Made by a program: the position numbers and the translations under genes. Shown here piece after piece: positions 1-10,140 of a stretch of 64,000 nt of DNA. Location of the stretch: positions 213,361-277,360 of the forward strand of contig CBDFFR010000004.1 in assembly GCA_965246845.1 (NCBI GenBank), read 5' to 3'. This DNA comes from Aggregatilineales bacterium. GTDB lineage: Bacteria; Chloroflexota; Anaerolineae; Aggregatilineales; UBA2796. Positions within the stretch are counted from its first letter, which is position 1; each line of letters opens with the position of its first letter. Under the pieces are notes generated by a model that ran no database searches, was not told the DNA's origin, and saw only the letters and a program-made list of their open reading frames with translations.

Positions 1-865
1 TGATCTCGCCCTGGACTATGCCAATAAAGCCATCGAGATAGAGCCTACTCTTGGCGTGGGATACATATCACGGGCGGATGTGTATTACGAACAGGGTAAA
101 TATGCGTCTGCAATGAAGGACTTGGACACAGCTCAGAGGGCAGACCCAACTCAAGGATACATCTATACGTTACGTGCAAAAATTCTTACGGCGCAGGACG
201 ATTTTGCGGGAGCCGTTGAAGCATACAGACCTGCTCTTCAGTATGATGCCACAAATGCGTGCGTGTTCTATAACTTCGGGTCGTTTCTGGATAAAGACGG
301 ACAATATGAGAACGCAATCGAGAGCTACTCACGTGCAATCGAAATGTTTCCCAAATTCGTTGCGGCTTACGTCAACCGCTCAGTTGCGTACGAAGAACTT
401 GGTCGGTATGAAGATGCACTGGCCGACTTGGGAACGCTGATTGGGTTGAACCCCGGTGCGGCAGCAGCATATCACACGCGCCGCGCACGAGTGTATCAAC
501 GTATTCCTGATTTCGATCAGGCGATTGAAGAGTATTCGCTCGCCATTTCATTTGACCCTTCTGACCCGGACAATTTTATTGAGCGGGCATACGTCTATTT
601 GCTGATCGACAAGGAAGACCTGGCAATTCAGGACTATAGCACAGCCCTCAGACTGAACCCCGGTGATTACAAGGTAGCTGAATACGTTGGGGATTACTAC
701 TACGATCACAAGCTGTATGAGCGGGCGCTATACTATTATGAGCTATTCGTCACTGCCTCTCCGACGCGCAATACGGTTATCGAGCAGCGCGTTCAAGAGT
801 TGAAAATCCGGTTTCGTCCGACACCCACTCCCCGATCCATACCGCCCGTCGCGCCGGGGCAGTAG
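1..865 (+). CDS. TPR repeat protein, 5' end outside the window
   Basis: The frame of ORF 56..865 stays open back to nt 2 (DLALDYANKAIEIEPTLG...). There are repeated 34-aa TPR-like units (YxxRAxxYxxxGxYxxAxxDxxxAxxxxP). Confidence 0.7.
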   Translation, partial: DLALDYANKAIEIEPTLGVGYISRADVYYEQGKYASAMKDLDTAQRADPTQGYIYTLRAKILTAQDDFAGAVEAYRPALQYDATNACVFYNFGSFLDKDGQYENAIESYSRAIEMFPKFVAAYVNRSVAYEELGRYEDALADLGTLIGLNPGAAAAYHTRRARVYQRIPDFDQAIEEYSLAISFDPSDPDNFIERAYVYLLIDKEDLAIQDYSTALRLNPGDYKVAEYVGDYYYDHKLYERALYYYELFVTASPTRNTVIEQRVQELKIRFRPTPTPRSIPPVAPGQ

Positions 866-1159
866 TTGAGCAGTGGCTCAAGTTCTACACCAGCATTGAA
901 TATCTCGTCCATCTGAGTCGCAATTAACTGGTGGTCAGCGGAATGAATCAATAATCCTCAATTTGTCGAGGGTGGGGCATAAGGAGAAGTCAGGGTCAAA
1001 TGGGCTGACGCTTTGACTGGATGCAATCTGCATGGACGGTCTGCCGATGCCTTTTGTGCCAGTTCTGATTTACGCTCCTGCGCAGTGTGGCTCCTTATGA
1101 CCCACCCTCGACTAATTGAGAAAAAGTGTCCTGTTCTATATTTACAGAATGCTGTTCGC

Positions 1160-1828
1160 ATGAAACTTCATCGGGAAGGCTACCCCATAATCGGGCTTGG
1201 AACCATGCTCTGGGGATTACTCTGGGCAGTAACTTCTCGTCGCATTCATCGTCATATTTTTCGTTTGAGTGGTGGCGCAGCCCTGGGGTGTCTAGCGCTC
1301 TTTTTCCGTGTTCCAAAACAACATCGGAGTAACGCGCCAATTGATATAATCGTTGCTCCTGCAAGCGGAATCGTAGTTGCCGTAGAAAACAGTTTTGAGG
1401 ATGAATATTTGTCAAAGGAGGTCTCACGAATTTCCATTTTTCTCTCTATCTTCAACGTTCATATGAATGCAGCGCCCATATCAGGCATCATTCGCTACCG
1501 TGCGTACCACCCCGGTGGGCATATCCCCGCCTTTCGCTCAGACGCATCGTTGATAAACGAACACAGTACCCTTGTTATTGAGACAAAAAGCGGTACAAGC
1601 GTTCTTGTACGTCAAATTGCGGGCATCCTCGCACGCCGTATCAGCACGTATCCCGTTGTCGGAAAAAACGTGACCAGAAGTGACGAGATCGGTTTCATCA
1701 AATTTGGATCGCGGGTGGATGTGTTTCTTCCAATGGATGCCCAAATCCTCGTTCAGGCTGGCGACCGGGTGCGCGTCGGCGTAACAGCAATTGCAGACGT
1801 TCGAGCGATTTCATTGGATGCGGTATAG
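1160..1828 (+). CDS. psd: Phosphatidylserine decarboxylase (short/archaeal-type proenzyme)
   Basis: ORF 1013..1828. Motifs LSIFNVHMNAAPISG and the FGSRVDVFLP cleavage-site region. The likely start is the internal ATG at 1160 (MKLHREGYPI...), because the upstream part looks non-coding. Confidence 0.7.
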   Translation: MKLHREGYPIIGLGTMLWGLLWAVTSRRIHRHIFRLSGGAALGCLALFFRVPKQHRSNAPIDIIVAPASGIVVAVENSFEDEYLSKEVSRISIFLSIFNVHMNAAPISGIIRYRAYHPGGHIPAFRSDASLINEHSTLVIETKSGTSVLVRQIAGILARRISTYPVVGKNVTRSDEIGFIKFGSRVDVFLPMDAQILVQAGDRVRVGVTAIADVRAISLDAV

Positions 1829-2312
1829 GCCAATGACTGAGCATTAGTCCGCTGCTAATCAGCACGAGTGCTGATGCAAATCCTATGGCAGTTTGAGCGC
1901 TTGCGACCAGCACGAGCAACGCAGCGGCAGGCGTGGGCAAACCCTCGAAGTGCGCCTCAGTGCGTTCATTTGCGGCAAATCGCGCCAAACGCAGCGCACC
2001 GCAAAGTACATATATCATGCACACCATTGCACCTGCCACGTCAATAAGTTCGAGATTGCGAGTGTAAAGCAGCACAGCGGGCGCGATACAGAACAAACTC
2101 ATATCTGCCAGATTGTCTAGTTCCTTCCCAAATGCGCTGCAAACTTTGAAACGGCGTGCGAGATACCCATCGAGACCGTCACATAGCATTCCGAGCATGA
2201 TACAAGCTACGGAGACGTCTGCACGGCTATGGTGAATCGCGAGCAGCGCTACGAAGCCCAGGCAAATGTTTGTTGAAGTGATGCAGTTAGGCACAATCGC
2301 GATTAGGCGCAT
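1698..2312 (-). CDS. pssA: CDP-diacylglycerol--serine O-phosphatidyltransferase (CDP-alcohol phosphatidyltransferase family)
   Basis: Signature DGLDGYLARRFKVCSAFGKELDNLADM (DGx2ARx8Gx3Dx3D) in a multi-TM protein. The 3' tail overlaps psd convergently. Confidence 0.75.
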   Translation of the reverse strand: MRLIAIVPNCITSTNICLGFVALLAIHHSRADVSVACIMLGMLCDGLDGYLARRFKVCSAFGKELDNLADMSLFCIAPAVLLYTRNLELIDVAGAMVCMIYVLCGALRLARFAANERTEAHFEGLPTPAAALLVLVASAQTAIGFASALVLISSGLMLSHWPIPHPMKSLERLQLLLRRRAPGRQPERGFGHPLEETHPPAIQI

Positions 2313-2457
2313 GATGAGAACCGCCTGATGAGAATGGCAATACCTTACAATACCGCTGTATTGAGATCAAGCACTCAGGTGTTGTGAATCAGACACCTGA
2401 GCGGCTGCATTCGCTGAACAACTCCTCTACACTGAATCGCGAGTGGAGGAGTAGACA

Positions 2458-3030
2458 ATGGCAGAACAGGTGGCAGGTGATGTGCGATCACGCTCCAGTG
2501 GTGCAGGTCTACGGCGCAACACGCGCCCGTTGACAATCTCGGTATTTTTATCGCTCATGCTGCTCTTTGCGCCGGGGACAATTTTTGTGGCGGCTTTGTA
2601 CGTGCTACGGGAGACAAATCCACGGTTCTCCTGGCTGTATTCTGTAGATCGCTTCCCCTGGCAATTTTGGGGTATCGCAGTTTGCGGGATTATCGCAACC
2701 ATCGGCGGCGTGGGAGATTGGCTTTTCCACAAAGTGTATGTGAGCGTCGGACCGAACGAGCATCACAGCCATCTTATGGCATTGAGTGCAGGCGGCGGGG
2801 TGTTCATTCTGATGGCGGCAGCGTCCATTATAGATGAACCGACTGTACTGCTTGTTCCCGTCATGGTGGCGCTGCTCATCACGACAGTTCTGATTTGTTA
2901 CGACGAATTCGCCTTCCATATCCGGCGTTGTAAAGCCTTTGAGACTATGCTGCATCGGCTGCTGGTGTTCGGCAACTGCGCGGCATTCTTGTGTTGGGTA
3001 CATTGGCTATTCGTGGCGAGGGGCGCATGA
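2458..3030 (+). CDS. Integral membrane protein, unknown function
   Basis: 190-aa ORF with several hydrophobic helices. SD-like ggagga lies just upstream of the ATG at 2458. Confidence 0.5.
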   Translation: MAEQVAGDVRSRSSGAGLRRNTRPLTISVFLSLMLLFAPGTIFVAALYVLRETNPRFSWLYSVDRFPWQFWGIAVCGIIATIGGVGDWLFHKVYVSVGPNEHHSHLMALSAGGGVFILMAAASIIDEPTVLLVPVMVALLITTVLICYDEFAFHIRRCKAFETMLHRLLVFGNCAAFLCWVHWLFVARGA

Positions 3031-3590
3031 TGGCAAGTCAAACTGTTGAGATTACACATGCTCAAGCACTACTTGCCCGCGCTGCAATGCTCTACGACGA
3101 TCCCTGCTTGCCTTTTGCAAAATTGGCGCGTGAGGAAGGCTGGAAACGCGGATTTATATCCGGCGCGGAGTGGATGCGAGTCGCCATGCAGCATGTTCGC
3201 GGCACGCCGATTTTACCTGTAGAGGGACGTTACCAACGGCTTGGTTTCGCCAAGTATGGACTGGCATCGTTTGGCGCACTGGCTTGGCTCCTGTTTTGTG
3301 TCGCCTGTGGTACGTGGCCGCTCATAATTGGTGTGGTCCTCGTCTTTTACGCGATTGAAGCGCAGATGGTGTTTTTGTTTCCATGCGTGATTGATAGCAG
3401 CACGACGCCCTTCCACGAAGGCCGTATGCTCATGCGCCGCGCAGGTGGCACGCTGGGTGCGATGGTTTCGGTGCTTCAATTCGCCGTGTTGATGCTCTTC
3501 GGTGGATTTACTGGACGCGGATTTGTGCGTTCGTGGGCGCTCGGCTGCATGGCGGTGGTGCTTTGGTACGAGGACTTGCGCCGTGCTTGA
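3027..3590 (+). CDS. Membrane protein, unknown function
   Basis: ORF 2991..3590. The ATG at 3027 overlaps the stop of the upstream gene (ATGA), suggesting coupling. The C-terminal half is hydrophobic. Confidence 0.45.
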   Translation: MMASQTVEITHAQALLARAAMLYDDPCLPFAKLAREEGWKRGFISGAEWMRVAMQHVRGTPILPVEGRYQRLGFAKYGLASFGALAWLLFCVACGTWPLIIGVVLVFYAIEAQMVFLFPCVIDSSTTPFHEGRMLMRRAGGTLGAMVSVLQFAVLMLFGGFTGRGFVRSWALGCMAVVLWYEDLRRA

Positions 3591-4266
3591 GATTGGCACA
3601 CACCGACCGCTGCACATACGGCATGAGCGGGTCGCCAATACGGGTTCGGCGCTCCGTTTGCTGTATGTGAGCGACACACATCTTTCAAGGCGAACCGATC
3701 ACGTTATCGATCAAGTCGTAAAGGCGGCACAGTCATGCCAGCCGGAGTTGATCCTGCTGGGTGGTGATCTGGTCGACCGCACCGCTGGATTGACCAGTTT
3801 GCGGAAACTTGTAACTTTGCTTTCAGCGTTCTGTCCGGTATGGGCGGTTCCTGGCAACCACGACGATCATGCCGGACGCGCACGGGTGCAGGCCGTCGTT
3901 GAGGCGGTGGGCGGCGTATGGCTGGCCGGGAAGACACGCCAGTGGGGTGGCATACAAATCAGTGGAGATCGTACTATCGCGCCATATCCGGCCTCGTTTT
4001 CAATTTTGTGCGCGCACTATCCCGCGGACGTTGAACAGGCCGCCCGGCTTGGGTACAACCTTGTGCTGGCGGGGCATTTGCACGGCAGCCAAATCCATCT
4101 TGTGTATAGAAAGGGTCGCTCCTACCCCGGTGCGTGGCTATACCGCTGGAATGGCGAACGTTTTCAATGCGGAAAGACGCTGTTGTTGGTCAGTCGGGGA
4201 GTCAACGATACACTGCCGCTCCGCTGGAATTGCCCGCGCGAGGTGATTTTATGCGAGATCAATTAG
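3583..4266 (+). CDS. Calcineurin-like metallophosphoesterase
   Basis: Motifs LLYVSDTHLS, GGDLVD, VPGNHD and AGHLHGSQ. The GTG at 3583 overlaps the upstream stop; the ORF as listed starts at 3502. Confidence 0.75.
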   Translation: MLEIGTHRPLHIRHERVANTGSALRLLYVSDTHLSRRTDHVIDQVVKAAQSCQPELILLGGDLVDRTAGLTSLRKLVTLLSAFCPVWAVPGNHDDHAGRARVQAVVEAVGGVWLAGKTRQWGGIQISGDRTIAPYPASFSILCAHYPADVEQAARLGYNLVLAGHLHGSQIHLVYRKGRSYPGAWLYRWNGERFQCGKTLLLVSRGVNDTLPLRWNCPREVILCEIN

Positions 4267-4592
4267 CGCAACTCGCGCTGTGGATAGCGTACTTCGCCAC
4301 TGACATTTACGGCCACACCGCCTTCAAAGCGCTTGGAGAGGGAAACCGCGATACGCTGGGTATCGTGTTCAGCGTCGGCGGTATGAGCGCGGTCGCTGCG
4401 TGGGCAGTTTCGGCGCTGCTCTGGATTACTATCCTGTCCGGAAGCAAACTGTTACAGGCAAGTTCGGTTGGCGCGATAACGTATATTTTGATGGTCGCAG
4501 CGGCAGCGTTCGTCTTCAAAGAACCTGTTGCGCCGCGTCAACTGCTCGGCGTCGGCTTGATTCTGGCCGGAGTGTACTTTGTCACGCAATGA
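4251..4592 (+). CDS. Small EamA/DMT-like membrane transporter
   Basis: ORF 4134..4592. The internal ATG at 4251 gives about 113 aa with 4 predicted TM helices (MRDQLAQLALWIAYF...LILAGVYFV). Confidence 0.5.
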   Translation: MRDQLAQLALWIAYFATDIYGHTAFKALGEGNRDTLGIVFSVGGMSAVAAWAVSALLWITILSGSKLLQASSVGAITYILMVAAAAFVFKEPVAPRQLLGVGLILAGVYFVTQ

Positions 4593-5382
4593 GCCGCATC
4601 ACCGTGAGCGGACATTTTCCGTGCTGCTCGCCATTACCATCGACACAGTACGAGTCAATCAAACGACTACGTACATACGCGACGGGCGTGCCTTTCTACT
4701 CAAAAGGCGACGAGTTGGTCGCGGTCCGATCATCGCGGCAGGTAATGTTTTCTTGCGGCTTTCACACAGCCGGATCGTGATGTTCCCCGATGTGCGAGGG
4801 TGGCAGGCGTGGGAACTCGCCAGTTTTCGATTGCTGTACAGAAATCGCTACCGCTGCGAAGTCATTGGGCGCGATGCGGTGGCAACCGAGAGGCTACCGG
4901 GAACCGACATTCGCACATTACTTGCGCGGGACAGGGTGACGGATGCGGCATTGCGGGCAGCGGGGCAGGCGTTCCGCGAGGCACACGCGCTGCACAGCAA
5001 CTATTGGGAGTCGGGTTGGTCGCATGGTGATCCACATCCCGGAAATGTGCTGTATGATTCTCAGCAGGAGCGGGCATTTCTGATCGATTTCGAGACGCGC
5101 CATGAGTTAGCATTGGACGCGAACGAACGTCACGCAGACGATCTCCTGACGTTTTTGCTCGAACTCATGGGCAGTGATCATACAGGCCGTTGGCAGGGAT
5201 GGAGCCAGCAATTTTTGGAAGCGTACAATACTCCTGCCGTCATGTCCTATTTGCAGAAACGACTCACCGTGCCACTCGGTTTGGAGCGCGTGCTTTGGCA
5301 CACACGGACCAACCATTTACCCTTATCTGAATTGAAGACACGCCTGACGCTGCTCAGGGCATTGACTGAAACCCTATGCTGA
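4579..5382 (+). CDS. Kdo/WaaP/RIO-like protein kinase-fold protein
   Basis: Catalytic-loop-like HGDPHPGNVLYD followed by FLIDFE (a DFG-like region). Confidence 0.5.
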   Translation: MSRNEPHHRERTFSVLLAITIDTVRVNQTTTYIRDGRAFLLKRRRVGRGPIIAAGNVFLRLSHSRIVMFPDVRGWQAWELASFRLLYRNRYRCEVIGRDAVATERLPGTDIRTLLARDRVTDAALRAAGQAFREAHALHSNYWESGWSHGDPHPGNVLYDSQQERAFLIDFETRHELALDANERHADDLLTFLLELMGSDHTGRWQGWSQQFLEAYNTPAVMSYLQKRLTVPLGLERVLWHTRTNHLPLSELKTRLTLLRALTETLC

Positions 5383-6113
5383 ACCTATTGATTGTGGAAG
5401 ATAATGATCGGTTGCGCGACGCTTTGAGAATCGGCCTCGAAAACACGGGCGAGGTCAGCGTGATGGGCAGCGCAGCAAGCGGAGAAGCGGCGTTAACAAC
5501 GAGTTTGGCCGTTCCGCCCGACGTGATACTGATGGATGTGCAGCTTGCGGGCGCATGGAATGGCATTCAGGCGGCGGTGGCAATCCGGCGTGAACTCCCG
5601 CGCCTGCCCGTCGTGTTCTACTCTATACAAGATGATGATGCGTTCTACCGGGAGTTCCGGCGCTCAGGCATTTTGAGCAGCTATGCTTATGTCAAAAAGT
5701 CGAATTATTTGCTGCCAGGTATGATCGTTCCGCTGCTGCGCGATGCGGTCAGCGGACGAAGTTTCATCGATCCCGATATTGAAGCACGCATGGTCGAAGT
5801 ACGCGCGAAAGATGACCATTCTCCGATGGCGCTGCTTGAACCTAACGAACAAACCGTTGCACGAATGCTCGCGCAGGGGATGACTAACGAGCAGATCGCC
5901 GCACGGCTTGGCTTTCAGGACAAGCGCACGATCAGCCGCACGAATGGGCAGATTTACGCAGCGTGGGGATTAAACGAAAGCACTGAGGATGAGAAAACCG
6001 CCCGCACGCGCGCCGCGCTGATTGTATGGGAAGGTCGATTAATTACCTGGGATAGTGACGGGACGGCAAAAGTACGCAATGAGCGTGGGGAGTGGGTGAT
6101 ATGGACAGGGTAG
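5376..6113 (+). CDS. Response regulator, NarL/LuxR family (REC + HTH)
   Basis: LLIVEDNDRLRDAL...DVILMDVQL receiver domain. LuxR-type HTH TNEQIAARLGFQDKRTISRTNGQIYAAWGL. Confidence 0.8.
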   Translation: MLNLLIVEDNDRLRDALRIGLENTGEVSVMGSAASGEAALTTSLAVPPDVILMDVQLAGAWNGIQAAVAIRRELPRLPVVFYSIQDDDAFYREFRRSGILSSYAYVKKSNYLLPGMIVPLLRDAVSGRSFIDPDIEARMVEVRAKDDHSPMALLEPNEQTVARMLAQGMTNEQIAARLGFQDKRTISRTNGQIYAAWGLNESTEDEKTARTRAALIVWEGRLITWDSDGTAKVRNERGEWVIWTG

Positions 6114-8206
6114 CGATCACTCTGCTGGAGTGGGCGCTGCTTGCCATTTCGCTGATTAACACCGCCCTGCACTTTTATCTCGCGCTGATGATCGCGCTGA
6201 ATGCCGAACGCCGCTCATGGGGTCTGTGGTTGAGCAGCGGCGGGCTACTGGTCGGCGGGCTGTTCTTTGTCAGCCATACTGCAATATTGGGGCGCGGTCC
6301 GTCTACCTTCGATGATCTCTCCAACGCATGGTGGTATCTGGGTTTGGTCGCGGCGCTGCTGCTGCCTTATGTGTGGTACGTCGCGGTGCTGTGGTACGCC
6401 GGGTTTTGGGATGCAGGTCCGACATATATGCGCCACCGGACCGGATTATCTATCAGCAGCCTGATTACTCTCATTTTGATTGGGCTGTTCATCACGGCGA
6501 ACCCGTTCCCAAGCTATGCGCAGGTGATCCGGCTGGAACTCACGCCTACGCCGTCGATTTTTGGTGTGCCCGTGCTGGTCATTACCTTCGCTCTCAGCAC
6601 GCTGTTGAACATCGGGTTAGCCTCAAATGCGTTGCGCACGCTCAACCTTGCCGATTATCTTGCGCGGCGGCGGGCGCAGCCCTGGATGCAACGTACCACA
6701 ATGATGCTGCTCATCGTCACGCTGCTCATCGCGCTCGTAATGGGGTGGGTGGTTAGTGGCGCATCCGGGTTGATCCCGGAAAAGGTTACAGGACCGACGG
6801 ACTTGCTTGTATCGATATTCGACCTGCTCATTTCTGGTTGCATCATGGTATCGGTTATCTGTCTGGGTCAGGCGATTACATGCTATGAAGCTTTCACCGG
6901 GAAAGCCGTTCCGCGCCGCCGTTTATCACGCCACTGGCGCGCGATGCTCGTCCTGGCAAGCGTTGGAAGTGTGTTGCTGAGTGCCGCTATAAAATTCAAC
7001 CTGCACCCGATTTACATAAGCCTCGGCGTATGTGTTTTGCTGGTTGTCGGCTATACGATACTCAGTCAACTATCTTTTCACGAACGCGAGACTTATCTCG
7101 CCAGCTTACGGCCTGTAGTTGCAGGCGGCGCATTGTATGATCGGATGTTTGCTACACTCCCCGGTCCGGTGGTTGACCTGGAGAGCCAGTTTGTCACCTT
7201 ATGCCGCGATGCACTTGGCGCGCAAATCGGCTACCTTGTGCCGCTGGGTCCGATGGCCTCACTAGTCGGCACCGCACTCAGGTTTCCGGCGACAAGCACA
7301 CCGCCGCTCATTTCGAATACATTACTATCGATTGCTACGCCCCAGACGTTGTGTATTCTGGTCGCTGCTCAGGACTACATGGGCGCTCAATGGGCGGTTC
7401 CGTTGTGGAGTGAGCGTGGGCTAATCGGCGTACTGCTGCTCGGAGACAGGCAAAATGGTGATTTATATGTTCAGGAAGAGATAGAACTTGGGCGGGCGGC
7501 GGCGGAACGGATGATCGACCTCAAGGCCAGCGCCGAAATCACCGGACGGCTGCTTCAATTGCAGCGACAGCATATGACAAGCGGAGCGGCGACCGATCAC
7601 CTGATACGGCGCACGCTGCACGATGACATTCTGCCTCAACTCCATACGACCATGCTCACCTTGAGCGCGTCACCGGACACAATCCAAACCACACTGGAGG
7701 CATTAACCGCTGTACATCGCCAGATAGCGAACCTGCTGCACGTTATGCCGATCAGCGTTGGACCCACTCTTGTGCGTGACGGCTTGCTGTCCAGTTTGAA
7801 GCAGAGCATTACGCGCGAGTTCGCGGATGCCTTTGAGGGCATCATATGGGAAGTGGAAGCCGCTGCCGAGATAGTGACACTCCCGCCACAAGCAGCCGAA
7901 ATTGTCTACCACGCCGTTCGCGAGATAGTACGGAATGCGGCTCGTCATGCGCGCGGTCCGTCACCGACGCCCATTAACAATGTAGTACGCCTCACCATCA
8001 CTGCACGTTGCATAAGCGGTCTTGAGCTATCCATCTCGGATAATGGGATTGGAATAGGCAGCGCTCATCAGAGCGGACATGGGCTTATGCTGCACAGCAC
8101 CATGATTGCCATAATCGGCGGGACACTCAGCGTTTGTGCAGAGACACCACATGGAACACGAGTGACTATTGCTGTTCCGGCATACTTGTTTTCGCCATTG
8201 CCCTGA
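6092..8206 (+). CDS. Membrane sensor histidine kinase (multi-TM N-terminus, GAF-like region, HisKA_3, HATPase_c)
   Basis: H-box-like TLHDDILPQL and ATPase region EIVRNAARHA...DNGIGIG...GHGL. Overlaps the regulator gene by 22 nt. Confidence 0.75.
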   Translation: MGDMDRVAITLLEWALLAISLINTALHFYLALMIALNAERRSWGLWLSSGGLLVGGLFFVSHTAILGRGPSTFDDLSNAWWYLGLVAALLLPYVWYVAVLWYAGFWDAGPTYMRHRTGLSISSLITLILIGLFITANPFPSYAQVIRLELTPTPSIFGVPVLVITFALSTLLNIGLASNALRTLNLADYLARRRAQPWMQRTTMMLLIVTLLIALVMGWVVSGASGLIPEKVTGPTDLLVSIFDLLISGCIMVSVICLGQAITCYEAFTGKAVPRRRLSRHWRAMLVLASVGSVLLSAAIKFNLHPIYISLGVCVLLVVGYTILSQLSFHERETYLASLRPVVAGGALYDRMFATLPGPVVDLESQFVTLCRDALGAQIGYLVPLGPMASLVGTALRFPATSTPPLISNTLLSIATPQTLCILVAAQDYMGAQWAVPLWSERGLIGVLLLGDRQNGDLYVQEEIELGRAAAERMIDLKASAEITGRLLQLQRQHMTSGAATDHLIRRTLHDDILPQLHTTMLTLSASPDTIQTTLEALTAVHRQIANLLHVMPISVGPTLVRDGLLSSLKQSITREFADAFEGIIWEVEAAAEIVTLPPQAAEIVYHAVREIVRNAARHARGPSPTPINNVVRLTITARCISGLELSISDNGIGIGSAHQSGHGLMLHSTMIAIIGGTLSVCAETPHGTRVTIAVPAYLFSPLP

Positions 8207-8211
8207 TAACC

Positions 8212-9900
8212 TCAGACTGGATAATCGTTGATAAACCAGCGTACAATGGCGGCAGCGGCGCGCAATCCCTGCGCACGTCCTTTGGCCGCCATGGCTTGTG
8301 ATGCAGCAAGAAAATTCACCCTGCCCAACAACTCGCCGAAACGACTCAGCATCTGCGCCGGATCGTTGTTTCCTGGTTGATTGAGTTCACCCAACACCGA
8401 CTCGATTTGGTCCTGTCCCGATGTTTCAGCAATTACATATTCCTGTTCGGCGCGGTCTGCAATGGCGCGTAATGCAGTCAGCATTTCGGATGGCGGACGA
8501 GGTGTGTCGAGTAGGGAGTGCACCTTATCGGCCACTGCGGTGAACGCTTGCGCCTGATTACTGTTGTATTCATCACCCGGTCCGATTGCGAGTGAAGTCC
8601 ATATCGCGGCATTTTCGTTTAATTCGGCAATAAGGCCGGACAATTTAGCAGGCAATTGGGATAAATCAAAGTTGGCAGACAATCGTTTTTGTTCCTTTTT
8701 ATTGAGGCCGATCATTATCTCATATTGTGCGTGCATCAAGTCCCAAAATGAGCCGTATCGATCCGCACCTGGTCCCCAATTAGAGAAAAACCACGCTTCC
8801 CACTCGCCTTCTGCGGAAATCACCTGTGGATTGAGCAGCAAGATTGCCGAGTCGCCTACATCGCTAATTTCAAGCGCAGTTTTCATTTCACGGTGTTCAT
8901 GGTCAGGATCGTAATCATCGTCGTTATCCATGCTGTTCCAAATATCGATCCATTCCTTGTTGCGCACCCGGAACCACGTGACTTCCTCTGTAGACCAGAG
9001 TTTGTAGATAAACGGGCTTGTTTCTCTCCATCCATTCGTCACTGCCAGGAACTGCCGATAGGACGGCGGCAACGCAGTTCCCAAGCGCGATTCAAGTGCC
9101 ACAATCTGATCTTCCGTCGCACCTGCATAGCCAAGCCAGCCGGATGCAAGTATGTTGTCAGGCCACTCTTGACCATCCACAGGCTGTCCAGACGCGATCA
9201 AATCACGGCTGTATTGCTCCAGAAATGGTTGCCAGTTATAGTGCAGCGGGACACCTTCGGCGGTCGAACGCCTTGTTTTGCTACGCATAATCAGCTTTGC
9301 CTCACTGGTGAAGCGCGCGTAAAGTGCTTGCATCAAGTCCCAGAACGAGTCGTAGAGTTCGAGATGTTCAGGACGCAACGCCTGCTGAACCAAAGTTTGC
9401 GTTCGGTTGGTCGTCCATGCCTGCCATTCGCCATCGGTGACTTCACGTGGATCGAACAGATACACGCGCTCTTGTACGCCAGTACCGATTTGCGGTGCGA
9501 TACGAAAAGCATCCAGCACATCCGGCATGTAATCGTTAGAGTTACGGTAGCCTCTTATAAGCCGATTCATGAATGCTTCGGACTGTTCGACTTGCGTCAG
9601 CCATGTTAGGTTGCGGGTGCGGAACCAATCAACTTCATCAACTCCCGATAGCACCAGATCAAGCGCGAATCCATCTACCCGCCAGCCATTGGTTATGGCT
9701 AGAAAGTGGCGATACGATGGCGGTAGCGGCGTTCCCAACCGGGCTTCAAGCGCCACGATCTGGTCTTCCGTTGCGCCTTCATAGCCGAGCCAGCCAGACG
9801 TGACTACATCTGAAGACAACCGCTTCAAATCAGCTTGATCAGCAGTGATTACCTCACGACTCCACTGATCCAGAAACGGCTCCCAAGCATAAGTTGGCAT
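8212..9900 (-). CDS. Tandem SMI1/KNR4 (SUKH-1) domain protein
   Basis: Two internal copies of the same module (WLGYEGATEDQIVALEARLGTPLPPSYRHFLAITNGW and WLGYAGATEDQIVALESRLGTALPPSYRQFLAVTNGW). Confidence 0.7.
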   Translation of the reverse strand: MPTYAWEPFLDQWSREVITADQADLKRLSSDVVTSGWLGYEGATEDQIVALEARLGTPLPPSYRHFLAITNGWRVDGFALDLVLSGVDEVDWFRTRNLTWLTQVEQSEAFMNRLIRGYRNSNDYMPDVLDAFRIAPQIGTGVQERVYLFDPREVTDGEWQAWTTNRTQTLVQQALRPEHLELYDSFWDLMQALYARFTSEAKLIMRSKTRRSTAEGVPLHYNWQPFLEQYSRDLIASGQPVDGQEWPDNILASGWLGYAGATEDQIVALESRLGTALPPSYRQFLAVTNGWRETSPFIYKLWSTEEVTWFRVRNKEWIDIWNSMDNDDDYDPDHEHREMKTALEISDVGDSAILLLNPQVISAEGEWEAWFFSNWGPGADRYGSFWDLMHAQYEIMIGLNKKEQKRLSANFDLSQLPAKLSGLIAELNENAAIWTSLAIGPGDEYNSNQAQAFTAVADKVHSLLDTPRPPSEMLTALRAIADRAEQEYVIAETSGQDQIESVLGELNQPGNNDPAQMLSRFGELLGRVNFLAASQAMAAKGRAQGLRAAAAIVRWFINDYPV

Positions 9901-10140
9901 GGTTGAATCCTGTTGAAACCAATAGCTCGTTCAAGTATAGGAAGCTGTCCTTAGTTGCGCATTTGTTAGCAGCAACGGCGTCATATAGGCCATGTGCCAG
10001 CAATGTTCGGCAAGGTGCTATCCCTTGCTGCAAAGTGTTCTGCGTAACAATGTGTCTTGTGGACTGCGATCCGACCATTTGCATAACAGAGCCACTTGGT
10101 GTCCATTTGGACCATAAGTATATCGATAATTTCCGCACGT

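Noticed and set aside
2374-2457. Hairpins in the leader of ORF 2458 (ctcaggtgt/acacctgag, and a stem pairing with the ggagga SD) as a possible riboswitch or thermosensor
   Set aside because: These are only two simple stems in a divergent promoter region. I recognise no conserved riboswitch core, so this is too speculative to report as a feature.
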